A stretch of 50,954 nucleotides of DNA from Pelomyxa schiedti (Eukaryota; Protista; Evosea): the NCBI GenBank assembly GCA_020536535.1, contig JAHLWZ010000909.1:1-50954 (forward strand), written 5' to 3'. Positions within the stretch are counted from its first letter, which is position 1, and each line of letters opens with the position of its first letter. Positions 11,662-25,097 of the stretch are shown one piece after another. The position numbers and the translations under genes were made by a program. The notes under the pieces were generated by a model. It worked only from the letters and a program-made list of their open reading frames with translations. It did no database searches and had not been told where the DNA came from.

Positions 11662-13124
11662 ATGCAACAAACGGTGTTGGTGCACCCGCGAACGAGTCCG
11701 ACGACCGTTCCATCATCGCCCATTACGTCTGAGAGTGCACCGAGACGACACCACGTTTCCAGGTTGAGCGACTCGGGTTACGACGAGGACGAAGAGGGCG
11801 GTGAAGTTTCGCTAGTGCACAATGTTTTGATTTTGGGCGAGATCGAGTTTTACAACGCTGTCATCTCTTGTGATTTTGCCATTGTGGATTGCCGCCCCGC
11901 TACAACAAAAGTTTCTGTTTCCTTTTAATGGAAAATCAGCCACCCTAACATACATCAAATAGAATAGATGGAAGCCCATACACTCGTCTCTGGCGTTTCC
12001 TCCTGAATGCACACCTCGCGAATTCTCGAAACTCCTGGAAGAAAACCCCCCTGACAGACCAGAAAAGGTCTTTTTTTTTTTTTGTCTCTTCCTTTGAAAT
12101 TGATTTTCCTCTCCAGATTCTTTTGTATTCAGAGGAGGGTACAGATAGGAAGAATTTGCACCTTTGTCGAGCTGCAAGATATTGTTCACGCCTCACCAAT
12201 GTTCATGAAGTTTTGGTCCTTCAAGTTCCTTACTGCACATTTGTCCAAAGTACATATATAGTCTTTGATCACATTTCTAAAGTTTAACTTTTCCTAGAGT
12301 ATCCATTCCTTTGTACAAACAATGGCACTTGTCATGTACTCTTTCCCGTAGCTTAGCTTAAGTACTAAATCGTAATCAGATATACCCATCTCAAGTCGCC
12401 CCTTCTGTTTTTCTAGGCTCATTCGTTTCGGCATCTGATGCCACGGTCTTAGGTGACCTTGGCATCAAGTGGATAATAAACTGTGCTGCCGAGTGTGAAA
12501 ATGTATTTGAAAAAGTACCTATCATACAAGCTAACTCTCATGCGGCGACATGCAATGGTACATGCCACTGCAATGGGGAAACAAACTCATCAAATGGATG
12601 CAGCATCTCAACACAACACAACACTCTTGACAGCCACATAAACACTAATGGAGCTGTCATCAATAACGGGCCATCATCCTTGAGGAAAAGTCCTGGAAGC
12701 AAGGAGTGGCATGTAAAATATAACAAGTTTGCTATGTTGGATGAAAATGACTATGTATGCTAGGTTTAACAAACAATACTTACAGCTAACTTTTCTGTAC
12801 ATGAAGGTAATAAACTTCTTCAAAGAGGCAACCAATATTGCACGAACCTTTACCGCTGCTAATGAGAACTGTCTTGTGCACTGCTACCAAGGCCGCAGCC
12901 GCAGTGCCTCGGTAGTTGCTGCAATTTTGATGGCTCTGCATGGTTTATCCAGTGAGACCGCTTGCGAGATGGTGAGGCAGGCCAGGAACATAGTACAAAT
13001 CAATCCCCACTACATCAAGCAGCTGGCCCTCTATGATGCCGAACTCACGGAACAGAGGGCAGGAGATACTGGACTAAGAGAGAGCAACGGCAGCACCGGC
13101 AGAAGGAACCTGTCTGATAGCTAA
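11662..13124 (+). CDS. Dual-specificity (MAP kinase) phosphatase with an N-terminal rhodanese-like domain
   Basis: AIVDCRP and VFRGGY (rhodanese-like); YPSQV..FCFLGS; active site VHCYQGRSRSASVV; RNIVQINPHYIKQL. Confidence 0.9.
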
Positions 13125-13183
13125 AACGTAAATAAATAACACAATAGAGCAAAGAGTTTTTTTTTAAATTCGTTCCGCAAAAA

Positions 13184-14392
13184 TTAGAAGGCATCGACTT
13201 CTGGTCCTTCGTCAGAAAAATCTATCCCTCTCTCAGAGCCTCTAACTAACATGGAGAACCAGGCTTTTTTTTTTGTTAGTGCCAAATTGCTTAGGTTTCA
13301 ACATACTGTATTCTACTTTCTTGATACTGGTTTGCATAACTGACATCTTGCTGGGAAGGTCCCGTATGCCTAGGTCATGAGGCAGCCCCAGGAATTCTGG
13401 ATCGGTATTAATAATTAGAAATATGAAAGTTCATACCGTGGTAGATATCCCGAAGGAAATGACACACTTTCTCACATTCTGTAAGCTTGCCTCGTGTGGC
13501 AAGGGCAACACTGTAACGCATAAGTTCTCCTGTCAAATCGGCAATGCCAAGGAGATAGTCACTAACAGTAATGCAAAATCTGCCTAGATCCTAGTGATAC
13601 TTGTGTTGGTCAAAGAAACTTGAATTTAAGGTCGACCTTGTTCAGAGATTTTTGTAGATCAGTTATTATTTTATTCAGTGTAATAAGTTTTCCGGTTTTA
13701 AGGAATTCAAAAAAACTGACGGCCTATAATTTGTAAGAACAAAAACCATTTGATTATTGGGATACCTCAATAAACTCTTGTACCCCAGGACTGAACGCAC
13801 GAGAGTAACTGTAATATTATTGTCAACCATACATGTTCCCAACAGATTTTAAATTTGAAATGGGGAGGTGCACTTTACAGCAAATATGGCACATTTGGTT
13901 GATTCACTTCCAAAAGTATTGGTTCAAACAAAGCATGAAGGCTTGCAAGAGATGATATGGCAGCATCCATTGCTTGTGGAGTGTCTATATCTGATCTACA
14001 CCAAGTACATTACTAACAGTGAAAAAGAAAAAAGAAGGAAATAGTAGAATTTCGACCAAACCTGTGGAGCTGAAAAATAAATCTTTTGCTTCCTATTGTA
14101 ACATCTCTACTCGCTTTAACGAGTCTCTCAAACCTATCATGCTGTGCAGCCACAGCTTAATTATGGGGACAGCCACAAAGAAGCAAACAAAAAAAAAAAA
14201 AATATAACCCAGAGCACGGGGGGAGGAGGGGAGACCAACTTGGGTGTCCAGTGACGTGGCGTAAGACCTGAAGAGTGCTGTGATTGGGCCATCTTGGGCG
14301 CAAGACACGGGTGTCCCCTGAGTCTCCCCCGACACATCACCGCCCCGAGGCTGCCCCCTTCCTCTCCCTCCTCGTCCACGCCCTCGTTGCAT
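13184..14392 (-). CDS. TSNAX: Translin-associated factor X (TRAX), C3PO nuclease subunit
   Basis: RG-rich N-terminus; [27 protein letters not shown]; [10 protein letters not shown]; [14 protein letters not shown] (catalytic E-E-D-E acids retained); RGSE; stop TAA 13186-13184. Confidence 0.9.
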
Positions 14393-14594
14393 CTTTTTAT
14401 TTTGTTTTCCCGTACGGCACCGACTGAGTCCCCAAACAAGGCACTGAATCGCCAACCGCTCCTCCAGAAGAGGAAGATGTAAAACCAAGGGAAGCTGTCG
14501 GTCTGCGGGGGACAGTGGTCTTGGCAACCCAGGTTTCAAGAGATAGTAGATTGCAATTTGCTAGAATCATTAAAAAGGTCCACAGAGGAGGGAG
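14393..14594. promoter_or_regulatory. Probable bidirectional promoter, TRAX / RRP40
   Basis: Divergent ATGs 202 bp apart in a CpG-rich patch. Confidence 0.6.
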
Positions 14595-15638
14595 ATGGAG
14601 GTGACTGCCAACAGCGTCGTTGTCCCGGGCGACACTGTGGGAACGGTGGGGAAGCAGGAGCTGAGAATAGGGCCTGGGCTCGCGCAGATCGGGCAGTCCA
14701 TCGTGGCCACAAAGGCTGGAGTCCTCAGGTACAAGGACAAGCACAAATACTACTGGATCGATTCAAACCAAAAGAGGGTGCGCTTTGTTATGCGATTGTG
14801 GGACGTAATTTTCACCACAGACATTTAAAAACCTACAAGCTCTAACCTTTTTTTTTTTTTTTTTGTATTTGTTTTTGTTTTTTTTTTTAGTATGTACCAG
14901 CTCTGGAAGACCTTGTCATTGGTGTTATTGTGGATCAAATGAAGGACTTCTATTCTGTTGACTTGGGGTGCAGTCACTATGGTCTTCTTCCAATACTTGC
15001 GTTTGAAGGAGCCACAAAGAGAACTAGGCCAAACTTGCAGGTATGCCTCAGAAAACAACTTACCATGCTTAATATAAAAAAATAGTACCTGAATCCTAGT
15101 AAATGGAAAAGTTAAACTCCAATGTAGGTAAACTCTCTAGTTTACGCTCGCGTAAAACTGGCTTCCCCTGACCGAGATCCAGAGCTTGAGTGCATGTCTG
15201 TCCGTCAAAAAACGGATGGCTTTGGCGAGTTATGTGGTGGGTACATGACAAAGTGTTCATTACAAGTCTGTCGCCAGTATGTAGTCCGGAAATCCTTTCC
15301 ATGCAGTGCAAAATAATATAAGATTATTCCGTGACACTCCTACTCAAATAGTTGTAAATGTCCATCTAACTATAGTAAAGATTGCTGGACCCAGACTGTG
15401 AGGTTATCCGAGTCCTTGGAGAACGTTACCCCTACGAGATTGCTGTTGGGCTCAACGGTCGGGTGTGGGTAGCATCTGTGTAAGTAACATTTTTGTTCTC
15501 CATCCCTCATATTGACTTCTCTCAAGGAGTGCCGCTCATGCAATTTTGATTGCAAACGTTGTTACAACATTTGCCTTTGAGACAGAACTCAGTCTGCAAC
15601 CCATCCTTGCTGAAATGGCAATACACCTCGGGAGTTAG
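14595..15638 (+). CDS. EXOSC3: Exosome complex component RRP40
   Basis: VVPGD...IGPGL...TKAGVL; KRYVPALEDLVIG; LAFEGATKRTRPNL; EIAVGLNGRVWV; stop TAG 15636-15638. Confidence 0.95.
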
Positions 15639-15911
15639 GACTTTTACAAGCACATACCACATTTTCCTTCTCCAAGTTGTTTATTTCAACTTGTAGAAAC
15701 CCAGGACTCTATGCTAATCTCTCTGGCTTGACAAAGTGTAACCAAAAGGAACAAACAAAAATGAAAATGGCCCTATCTCTGGGTGTTTTTTTACTTTTTT
15801 TTTGTAGCCTGTGTTGGCTTGGCAAAAGGACACAAAAAAGAAGCAACCAGCACATTGGTGGAGTTGCGCGTGTTTTTTTTTGTTGTTGGTTTTGGTGAGG
15901 GGACTGATTGA

Positions 15912-17257
15912 TCAACGCTTGGCGAAGGTGATGACCATACTATTCTCGGGGGTGAGTTTGTAGTTATTGAGTTGATGAAGTGCCACTCCAGCAAGGATTT
16001 CGTTCTCATATTCCACAAACGCAATGCCTTCTTTGGTGGGTACAAGTCTGACCTCTTTGAATCCTGGGAAACTAGAGGGGCTCAATGAATTTGGATAGTG
16101 AAGTTCAGCACGTACTTATTGAAAAGAAGAACAAGCATGTTTTCTGCGCAGTTTGGAGGCAAGTTTTCCACAAACAGAATTTTGTTTGGAACATTATTGC
16201 TTGATCTTGTTGTTGTATTTGATGCAATTTTGTTTTTTCCTGAATCGGATCTTTTTGCAGACGGTTTTTCTGTAAAGCAATGTTAAATTGGACAATGATT
16301 TCATGTGATTCAAGAAAACGGAAAGTCTATAAGATAATAGCTTACTTGGAGCGCCGGCTTCACCTCCTGGGGGTCTCTTCTCTGGTTTAACTCTTACTAC
16401 CTTTGGCCTTGGCACAAAAGTACCATCCATTTTAGCAATGGCATCTGATTTGGATTTGCAATATGCAAGGCGAATAGGTCTTGAGTGAAAAGAGTGGCCC
16501 TGCAATTTTGCGATGGCCTCTGTTGCAGAATTGATCTCACGGAACACCACAAATGCTTGCCCACGCATTTTGGCGGATGTAATAGCCACAACGTCCAAAA
16601 TTTCTCCAAAGGGCTGAAAAAGTTCTTTGAGCTCCTTCTTCACCACTGACATATCACATCAATTAGCCCAATGAGCACAGGTTGTCATTAAAATACGAAA
16701 AGGAAAAAAAAAAGAAAAGAGAAAAAAAATAGAAGACGGAAGAGTGAACGGCATAGATAGGGAAGAAAGAAAGGAAAACCAAACAAAAGAAACGAAAAGA
16801 AAAGAAAAGAAGAGAGAGAGAAAAAGGAGAAAAGAAAAGAAAAGAAGAGAGAGAGAGAAAAAGGGGGTAGCAGAACTGTACCGTCCAATTTCACTCGTTC
16901 GTTGAGGTTGTTTACGTAGACAGTGTTGTTTGGTGGAATGTCGGCCGGCTTTTTTTCGCCGCCTTCGCCCGGCGCCGCCGCCGCCGCCGAGCCCGAGCTC
17001 GCACTCGCCCCACCCTCACTCGCCCCGCTGCTCGTCGTCGTGACCATCGGCGTCGCTCCCGTCTCGTCCCCGTTCGAGGGAGGCGCACCTCCCGGCGCCT
17101 GTTGCTGCGTTTGTTGTTGCTGCTGCTGGGGAGAGATGGTGACAGGCATTCCAAGGGGCCCAAGCATTCCGGGAGGCGGTTGCATCAGTCCAATCCCCGG
17201 GGGTGCCATTAGATTCGGCAAAATGATACCGGGCGGAGGGACTGTTGGCGTAGTCAT
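15912..17257 (-). CDS. SNRPA: U1A/U2B'' family snRNP protein (two RRMs, long Pro/Gln-rich N-extension)
   Basis: PPNNTVYVNNLNERVK; KMRGQAFVVF; KSDAIAKMDGTF; second RRM NKILFVENLP...FPGFKEVRLVP...IAFVEY...ITFAKR*. U1A versus U2B'' cannot be settled by eye. Confidence 0.9.
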
Positions 17258-17620
17258 TTTGTTGTTGCTGAAAGATCCACAACACCCACAAGGAACAAGC
17301 TTGTTGTTGCTCGGCCTTTCTTCCCTTTTTAATTTTTGTTTTGTGTTGGAAATCTTCCATGATGAGAGTAGGGACTGGAATGGTGCCTGAGGAGCCTCTC
17401 CAGTCTCGACACAACGTCACCACGAGTGAGGGGGAAGAGCCTGCCGGAGACAGGCAATTGGCCGATCCAATCTGTATCAAATTTCGACCATATTTCCTTG
17501 GGATGTGACATTTTTTTCACCCTTTCGAGAAAAAGTTCGATGTGCAATAGACACTTAAAGAAGAAGCAACGAAAGAAAACACACAAAAAACAAAAAAATT
17601 CAAAAGCAAAGGTCTAAGCG

Positions 17621-18519
17621 ATGAAGTGTCACGCCTGCGGTATGTCCGTATATCTGTGTCTGTCACCACTCCTCTAATTGGACTACGCAGGCAAAGCTGT
17701 ATATTTCGCTGAGCTCAAACGAGTAAGCGCACGTTCGACTTCGTTTCACTATCCTCTCCTTCTGCCTCTGCTTTTTTTTTTTTTTTTCTTTCCCCTTTTG
17801 AGGTGGTAACGTGGACCTGCAGGCCGAAGAACATGACTTCCACATGTCTTGTTTTGGTCAATGGTGGAAAGACGAAAAGGCGAGGGAAATGGCCCAGCGC
17901 AACAGAAGGTACTTTTTTTTCCCCCTTGCATTTTTGTCTCACCCATGCTCGCTGTGCAGTTACAAAAAGAAAGCCGACGTGTCACCCTCGTACTACCGCG
18001 TAGCTGATGTAGACGCGGGAGAACACTCTGCTAAGATGATCTCAGGCCCAGAAGAAAGAGCGTAAGTTACTTTGCCTCTATCTTACCCTAATCAACAACA
18101 AAAAAACCAGTACTATCTTCGAGACAGAAGAGCACTCCCCACCCCCCTCCACACCCACCAAGACAGTAGCACCATCAACACCGACACCGTCTTCACCAAC
18201 CACAACCCCCGCATCACCCTCAACACCGTCCGCTTCACCCGCAACACCTCACTGCGATGCCTGCAATGCAGAAATGACCCCCACCGCAAAGGTTTGCATA
18301 TGCCTTTATATCTTCTCACTCTACTGACAAATAAGTGAACACTAACACTCATTCAGTTCTGCCCTGAATGCGGAAAAGCAGTTCCCAAACCCTCGGTTTG
18401 CAAAGCATGCGGTGTCCCAATCAAGATGGGTGCCAAGGTACCCCCTCTTTGTTTCTTTTTTTCCCCCACCTAATGTTCTGTAATAGTTCTGCCCAGAATG
18501 TGGTGCTCCTCAGAACTAG
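17621..18519 (+). CDS. Small zinc-finger protein: single half-LIM finger plus C-terminal double zinc ribbon (6 exons; missed by the ORF track)
   Basis: Spliced with GT-AG introns: MKCHACGKAVYFAELKRAEEHDFHMSCF...S/T/P linker...CDACNAEMTPTAKFCPECGK...CKACGVPIKMGAKFCPECGAPQN*. Confidence 0.8.
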
Positions 18520-18715
18520 ACCTTTTGTCACAAATAGAAATATTAAAAAAAATAACGAGACCCTTTTAGAACGAAAGCCTTCAGTTTTTTTTCACTCTGA
18601 ATCTCATCGTCATTCGGGTGTCGGAATGCCGATCTTACATTCTAAGATCGCGCAGAAACGAAGTGCAATTTCCATCAAATACCGCGCCGCAATTAAAATT
18701 AATTTATTTGCAACG

Positions 18716-21700
18716 ATGACGACCCCTTTGCAACAAACGACAGCTAGATCTACGACCACAACGACCAAGGCAACAAAACCACAGAAGAAGAGCAAACGCA
18801 GAGGGTTCTACACCCGTCGTTTTTATTTTTCTGTGCTTACAGTTTCTTGTAAAGGAACGAAATTCACGTGGAAACGGGATTTTATGTCAAACACAGTGCT
18901 GTTAAGAGGGAACGCGGGCACGTTGTGGTTTGTTGTTCTTCAACCCATAAGTATGCATTATTATATCCTTATATCGACCCGCTGCAAAAATTTATGTCCT
19001 TGTCTCTATTTCCAGTCTATAAGAGGGAACCATGGCTTTATCAGACCTTTCCAAGGCTCAGACAACATCCAATTTTACCCTGAGGATTTAGCTGATGGTC
19101 TTGAGTTGTGTGAATGTGATGAAGTGGAATTCACCCCTGGCGAAAATCGCACTGGCCTTCCCACGGCTGTTGATATTCAATTGCTGAGAGCTGCTCCTAG
19201 AATGCAAGCTGTCACATCTGGGCCACTATTACAGCCCACAGGCACTCGTTCCCATTTCGCTCCTGCAGTATCTTCCCCAAAAGAGGAACCCCCTCCAGAG
19301 GAATCTCTATCTCTAAGGCCATCATGGAAAAAACCAACAACAGTAACTTCAACATCAACTGCAGCTTCAACTACTACAACTACAGCCCCCACCCTGCCTG
19401 TACAACCCTCTGTTTCTATAAGTACAACAGCTTCCACAGATGCCCATCCTAAAACTTTGCTGACAAGAGGTGACAATATCCCTCACAACTTCCCATCTTA
19501 AAAAAAACAAGATAACGCAAAACGGCCAGTTATTCCTCCAACCGAGCCACGATCCAGGGGTACCATTCACACGACTCAAGGAAACTTTGGTTTTATCGAG
19601 GTTAGCTCTCTTTCTTCTCTCGGTGATAAGCCAACTAGTACAAATGGCAGTGTGCCAGTGGGCAGCACGTATATTACCAAAATAGGGACATTCTGGAATC
19701 TGTCACACTCAGCAGAGGTGATGAAGTGGAGTTCACACTTGTGGATGGCAAAGGCAAAGCAAAACAAGCAGTGAGAATCACGGTCTCACTACATGTTTTC
19801 CTTCTGGATTTGACACCATGACTCTAGTTACTCCAACGACATTCTCATGGAGGTGATAACTTCAATGCTCTGGGTGTGATGAATTTTAGCAAGTCTGAAG
19901 GTTAACTCCCTTGTGCGATCCATTATTTTACTTTATTTTTGTAGGGGAGCAAGTTGGTGAGTCAGCTCCTAAGTTTTCTGGAACTCAAGATATGCTTTCC
20001 TGGCTTGAGAAGATGCACCAGGTTTCTTACTACCTGTGTCCTCCCCTCACCAATTATTTAGGGGGACCCAGAAGCACTTCTCCTACACTTAGACGCTCTT
20101 GAATCGTTAATAAATGCTAATCTCACTTTCCCTGTCATGGAGAAATTAGTTTCTTTGCTTACAAAGATGGAGCTCAGGTTCGTTTGTAAAAACAAAACAA
20201 AATAAAACAAAAAAAAAACCAATGATATCTGCAGGCAATCTGAAAGGGCAACCAAAGTGTATAAGATGGTAATGGAAAGCAGGTTCTTCAGTAAATGATT
20301 CTTTTTTTGTTGGTGACTCAAAAAGTTTCATTCGCAATCCTCGTTATCTGAGATCATATATCATGAAGCTTGTGGGACAAAAACATGGAGCTGCATTGGA
20401 TAATGTTGTGGAATTACTACAGGAGCTTGTTGGGAGATCAGACTCGCCACTAACAGCTATGAGGTAATAATAGAATGTTGAAGCCCTAATATTTCCTGAT
20501 ATTTTCCTTTTGGAGAGAATTACCCATTGATGTATTTGAGGCTGAGGCTAACCAGAAGTATATTACACCAGAGCTTCGTGTAGCTGTTAATTCCATTGCA
20601 AATTCTCACCAAATCCACACTAACGCATCAGCACCCACAATGGACAGCGATTTCAGGTGTGCTTCTATTAACTCCTTTTTGGTCTGCATTATTAAATTTT
20701 TGGTCAACTTAGGAGCTTATCGGTTTTTCCCTCAACTGATGAAATTTTACGAGTGCCTTTTGGCAATGTGTGCACCTATTATTTATCTACATCGTGATGA
20801 CCCCCTTAAAGCTGTCTTCCAATTTGCGGCCAAATAGAGTTCTTGGAAAATATCCTAGCATAGAAAATTACTTGGATACCCACTTTCAACTTTTACGTGA
20901 AGATTGCATAGCACCTTTGAGGGAAGGAATTCAGGTGAAAATTAAAGCGGTATCCAACACATTAATTTTTTCGATAGGAGTACATAAAGAAACAGACAAA
21001 AAGTCGCGATTTAAGGGTATTTGCACTTCTAGATTAAAATAAAACGCTTGTTTGACCCTCCTCTTCCACAAGATTTACCACAATGTACAATTGCAAGGTA
21101 TTCAGTGCTGCAAGGCTGGTGTATTTTACAGGATATCCTTTCGTCTTGAGTCAGAAAAAGCTACAACCAAAATTGTTTGGGAGCGAAGTAAACGTTTAAT
21201 GTTTGGAAGGTCAACTTTTCAGCCACAGTTTTTTTCTCTTTCAACCTCACTCCCTCCAAGTTTATTGTGCTTATCAAACGACTCTTTCAACACGTTGATC
21301 TGGGCTACAGTTGCTAACAGAGATCCCCAATTGCTTTCCACCCAGCAATTGATTGACATTAAATTCCCTTCAGGTAGTACTTCCTGGTTTGTTGTTTTCT
21401 TACAACCAAATTGAAGGCTACGAGTCCATGGTCAGTCCTACATCTATTTACACTATGGTTGAATCTGCCACAACATACTTTGAAGCTTATAGGTGGACAC
21501 TACGTGCATTGCAAGAATTTCCCTCTGATGGATTCCCATTCAAAGAGTACCTTGTATCAACAGCTTTCCATTTGTACTTCCATTAATATGTGCAAGATCG
21601 ACTGTGAAGCGACATCCAGACCTCCTCGGACTATATCAATGCATGGAGCTGATAGATTTGACCTAACCAGTGTTTTTGGTTGGATCTGAAAGCGCAATCT

Positions 21701-24700
21701 TGCAACTCATAACCAATAAATAGAAAATGGAATGAAGGTCCAATTTCCGATTTTAAGTGAATGGCCAGTCTTGGAGAGTAGCATGGATTCAAGCCAGCTG
21801 GAAGCTTTTAAACATGCTTTGACCCATGAATTTGCCATCATTCAAGGACCCCCAGGTTTTCCCCTATTAATATTGCTTTGGTTCTCAACTTTTGAAGGCA
21901 CTGGAAAGACCTTTGTTGGCTTAAAGATTATGAGAGCTCTTCTTGACAATAGTAGACTAAGAAATCCCGGACCTATCTTAGTGATGTAAGCAGCCCAAAA
22001 TCTTTCTCGAAGCCCACGCTTGGTATTCTAATTTTGAGCAAAAGATGCTACACTAATCATGCCCTGGATCAATTCCTTGAGGGTCTTTTGGCATTTGAAG
22101 AAAATGTTGTAAGGATTGGTGGAAGATCTAAAAGTGAACTTCTAAAAAAGCACAACCTACGTCAATTAATGTCTGAGGGTATAAAGGTATGAATAACAAA
22201 TTCTTCCAATCTGATTCTCTCCTTTTCTACCAGCCAGGGTCTCAGTTTTTCAAGAGTAAAACTAAGATAAGTCAACAAATAGACGAATTACAGAGGCAGA
22301 TAGAAAATGCTGTTCAAGATTGCACAAGACTAGTCTTGTCAAATGCGTCCTTAGAAAAAGTTGCTTCCTCTGAACACATAGCCTCCCTATTTTCCAGAAA
22401 TGGCGAATCTGGAAGCACCCAGCGTGATCGTAGCCTCCATAAGGTTGCCACACCTGAATGAAAATTATTACTGATTCTCCCGAGATTTTAACTGAGTGGC
22501 TGCAATGTGACCCTAGGAAAGTCTGTGTTCCGCCAGGGCACATCAAACGCACTGTTGTAGAGGCACCAGTCATTCCTGAAGGTAGTCTTGTATCGCGTCA
22601 TCCTTTTCATTACCTTTCTCTGTAGGCCCAAAAGCAACTAGCAGTGCCTCTCCAGATGACACAGAGGAATTGTGTGAAGCTGCTGAAGAGGAAGAAGATG
22701 ATTTTGTCATTGCCAAAATTCAACAAGATCGAATGGTGGGGGATGAGGAAGATGTTGATGTAGGCGGTGCATTTTACTCTCTTTCGTGCCCAACGGAAAC
22801 TGCTGGTTTGTGTTCCATTTTTCTCATTCTTTTTTAAACAAAGTCCTTTCATTAAGAGCTTAATGATTATCGTTCCCCGTCTCATGTGGCATCCTGCGAG
22901 AATGTATGGGCCTTGGGAGTTGATGACAGAAAACTATTGTATTTGCATTGGAGACAGAAATATTTCTAGTTACAGTCTCATCACTCCCATCTTTGCTTTC
23001 TGAAAAACGGAACCCAGTTACTCACAAGAGAACCTTTCCAACTTGTGCAAACGATATGAGTCGCTGTGTCTGGAGAGAGAATCTATGGAAGACCAATTAA
23101 GATATCAGCTTTTGAATTCCACAGCAGTAAATTGCTCATAGAGAGTTTCGTGCTTTTACTTATTGAATTAGGTTATCGGCATGACTACAACGGGTGTTGC
23201 TAAATTTCACCGTTTAGTACAAGCTCTCCGCCCTGAAATCATTATATGCGAAGAAGCTGCCGAAGTTTTAGAGTGCCACATCGTAACTGCATTGGGACCA
23301 CACACATCACATCTCATTTTAATTGGCGATCATGATCAGCTGCGTCCTTCAACTGGTACCCACGTTACAATTTCAACTCTCTTATATAATGCAGCTGTGT
23401 ATAAGCTTTCAACACAGTTTAATCTTGACGTATCTCTTTTTGAGAGGATGGTGAGAAATCACATGCCCCTTGTAACCCTCACAACTCAACGGAGAATGCG
23501 CCCAACAATTGCCTCTCTATTGCATAATATTTATCCTTCACTTCAAAACCATGAACGAGTTCATGGTTACCCTAACATTGCTGGTGTTGCTTGTAATGTA
23601 TTTTTCCTTGATCACAAATTTCCCGAGTCAAGGTAAAATTACACATCCGTTTCAAAACTAAACTCTACATTCAGGGATACCGACACATCAAGCAAATCAA
23701 ACCAATTTGAGGTTCTCTTTGTGACTCAATTCACAGATTACCTAATAAAACAGGGGTATGAAACCTCCAAGGTTTGTGGAAAACTTTACACTTAGCGCTC
23801 GTTGATCTCTAGTAGGTTACTGTGCTTACGCCTTATTGCGGGCAACTTCTCGCTTTGCGGCGGGAATTCCGCGTCAATCCCATGATTTCTGGTGTCTACG
23901 TAACAACAGTTGACAACTACCAGGGAGAGGAAAACGATATAATTAGTACGAACTCACCATACCACCACTGAACTTATGCTTTTCAGTTTTGTCACTTGTA
24001 CGAAGCAACGACCAGGGTGTTGTTGGATTTTTGAAGGTAATTACTCCCAGATGCAGATAAATACATTGTTGCTGACTAGAGAAAAAGACTTCCAACAGAA
24101 TTTGCGTTGCATTGAGCAGGGCACGTCATGGGCTATACATTATCGGTACAACTGAGCTTTCACTTTATTTTGGTAATAATTGCTTTGTAGGAAACTCCAC
24201 AGTTTTGCGGAAAGTTCCAATGTGGAAAAGCGTTATTTCCGTGTTGGAAGCCCAAAAAAACTTTGGGGAATCACTGGTTCTGAGATGTCAAACACACACA
24301 AGTAAATCCACCAAGGTCCAACACCCAAATGATTTCCAGCGTGTGGTTGATGGGGGGTGCGACAAGCCATGTGGTACCCTCCTCGAATGTGGCCATGTGT
24401 GCCCTAGAATGTGTCATCCTTACAGTCATTCAACAATCCCTTGCACCCAGCCTTGCACCCGCACAATGGAATGTGGGCATACTTGCACCAAACTGTGTTC
24501 TGAAGAGTGTGGTGGATGTGAGGTACTAGTGGGGAAAAAACTCAAATGTGGCCATCGAGACAAAGTTGCTTGTGGCACACCAGTAGAAGAGCACATGTGC
24601 GCTCGACCCTGTGAAAGGCTCCTTCCATGCGGGCATAAATGCACCAGGTACACACCTCTTTCCCATGGTAACTTCTTACTTCTTTCAGGTTATGTGGAGA

Positions 24701-25009
24701 GGGTTGCCTCAGCTTCTGTCATGAGAAAGTGGAGAAAGCGTTGAAGTGCGGTCATACACAAACCGTTGAATGTAGTGCGAACATTGACAAGATCAAATGC
24801 AAACTTCCTTGTGGTGTTCTCTTGCTGTGTGGGCACCTGTGCTCTGGCCAATGGTTCCTTCTCCCTTCTAACTCATTTTACTGTTCTAATATTATAACAG
24901 TTCTGCTTGCAAAAAGGAAAGTGATAGAACTATTCATACTCCATGCGTCACGTGTCAACGTGCCGCTGCTGCGTTGCTAGGAAAACTATCAACCAAAAAA
25001 AGAACTTGA
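18716..25009 (+). CDS. ZNFX1: ZNFX1-like SF1 RNA helicase with two N-terminal cold-shock domains and C-terminal NF-X1 zinc fingers
   Basis: CSD1 NHGFIRPF..NIQFY...DEVEF....PTAVDI; CSD2 NFGFIE..HVYY....GDEVEF...AVRI. ZNFX1 signatures YLDTHFQLLREDCIAPLREGI, SKRLMFG and YFEAY. Helicase motifs QGPPGTGKT, CYTNHALDQFLE, EEAAEV, IGDHDQLRP, VDNYQGEEND, ALSRAR. Repeated L.CGH.C fingers. Confidence 0.93.
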
Positions 25010-25097
25010 AGAAGTGCCGACGATTTTTGTTTGGCACAAAGTTTAACAAAAACGTCAAAAATTGGTGATACTACATGCAGGGAGCATACTTCCCTAT

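Noticed and set aside
15640-15911. U1A autoregulatory PIE element (AUUGCAC) in the 3' UTR
   Set aside because: No ATTGCAC on the minus strand in this interval.
16655-16880. Long purine/pyrimidine simple-repeat tract read as a Phe-rich TM segment
   Set aside because: It is the pyrimidine-rich first intron of the U1A gene, splitting RRM1.
18611-18650. Two small hairpins upstream of ZNFX1 (including CGATCTTA-N5-TAAGATCG)
   Set aside because: Stems of 8 bp or less can arise by chance; there is no other ncRNA hallmark.
18368-18715. N-terminal extension of the 377-aa ORF upstream of ZNFX1
   Set aside because: It overlaps the last exons of the LIM/DZR gene in another frame and intergenic A/T tracts; ATG 18716 is the more plausible start.
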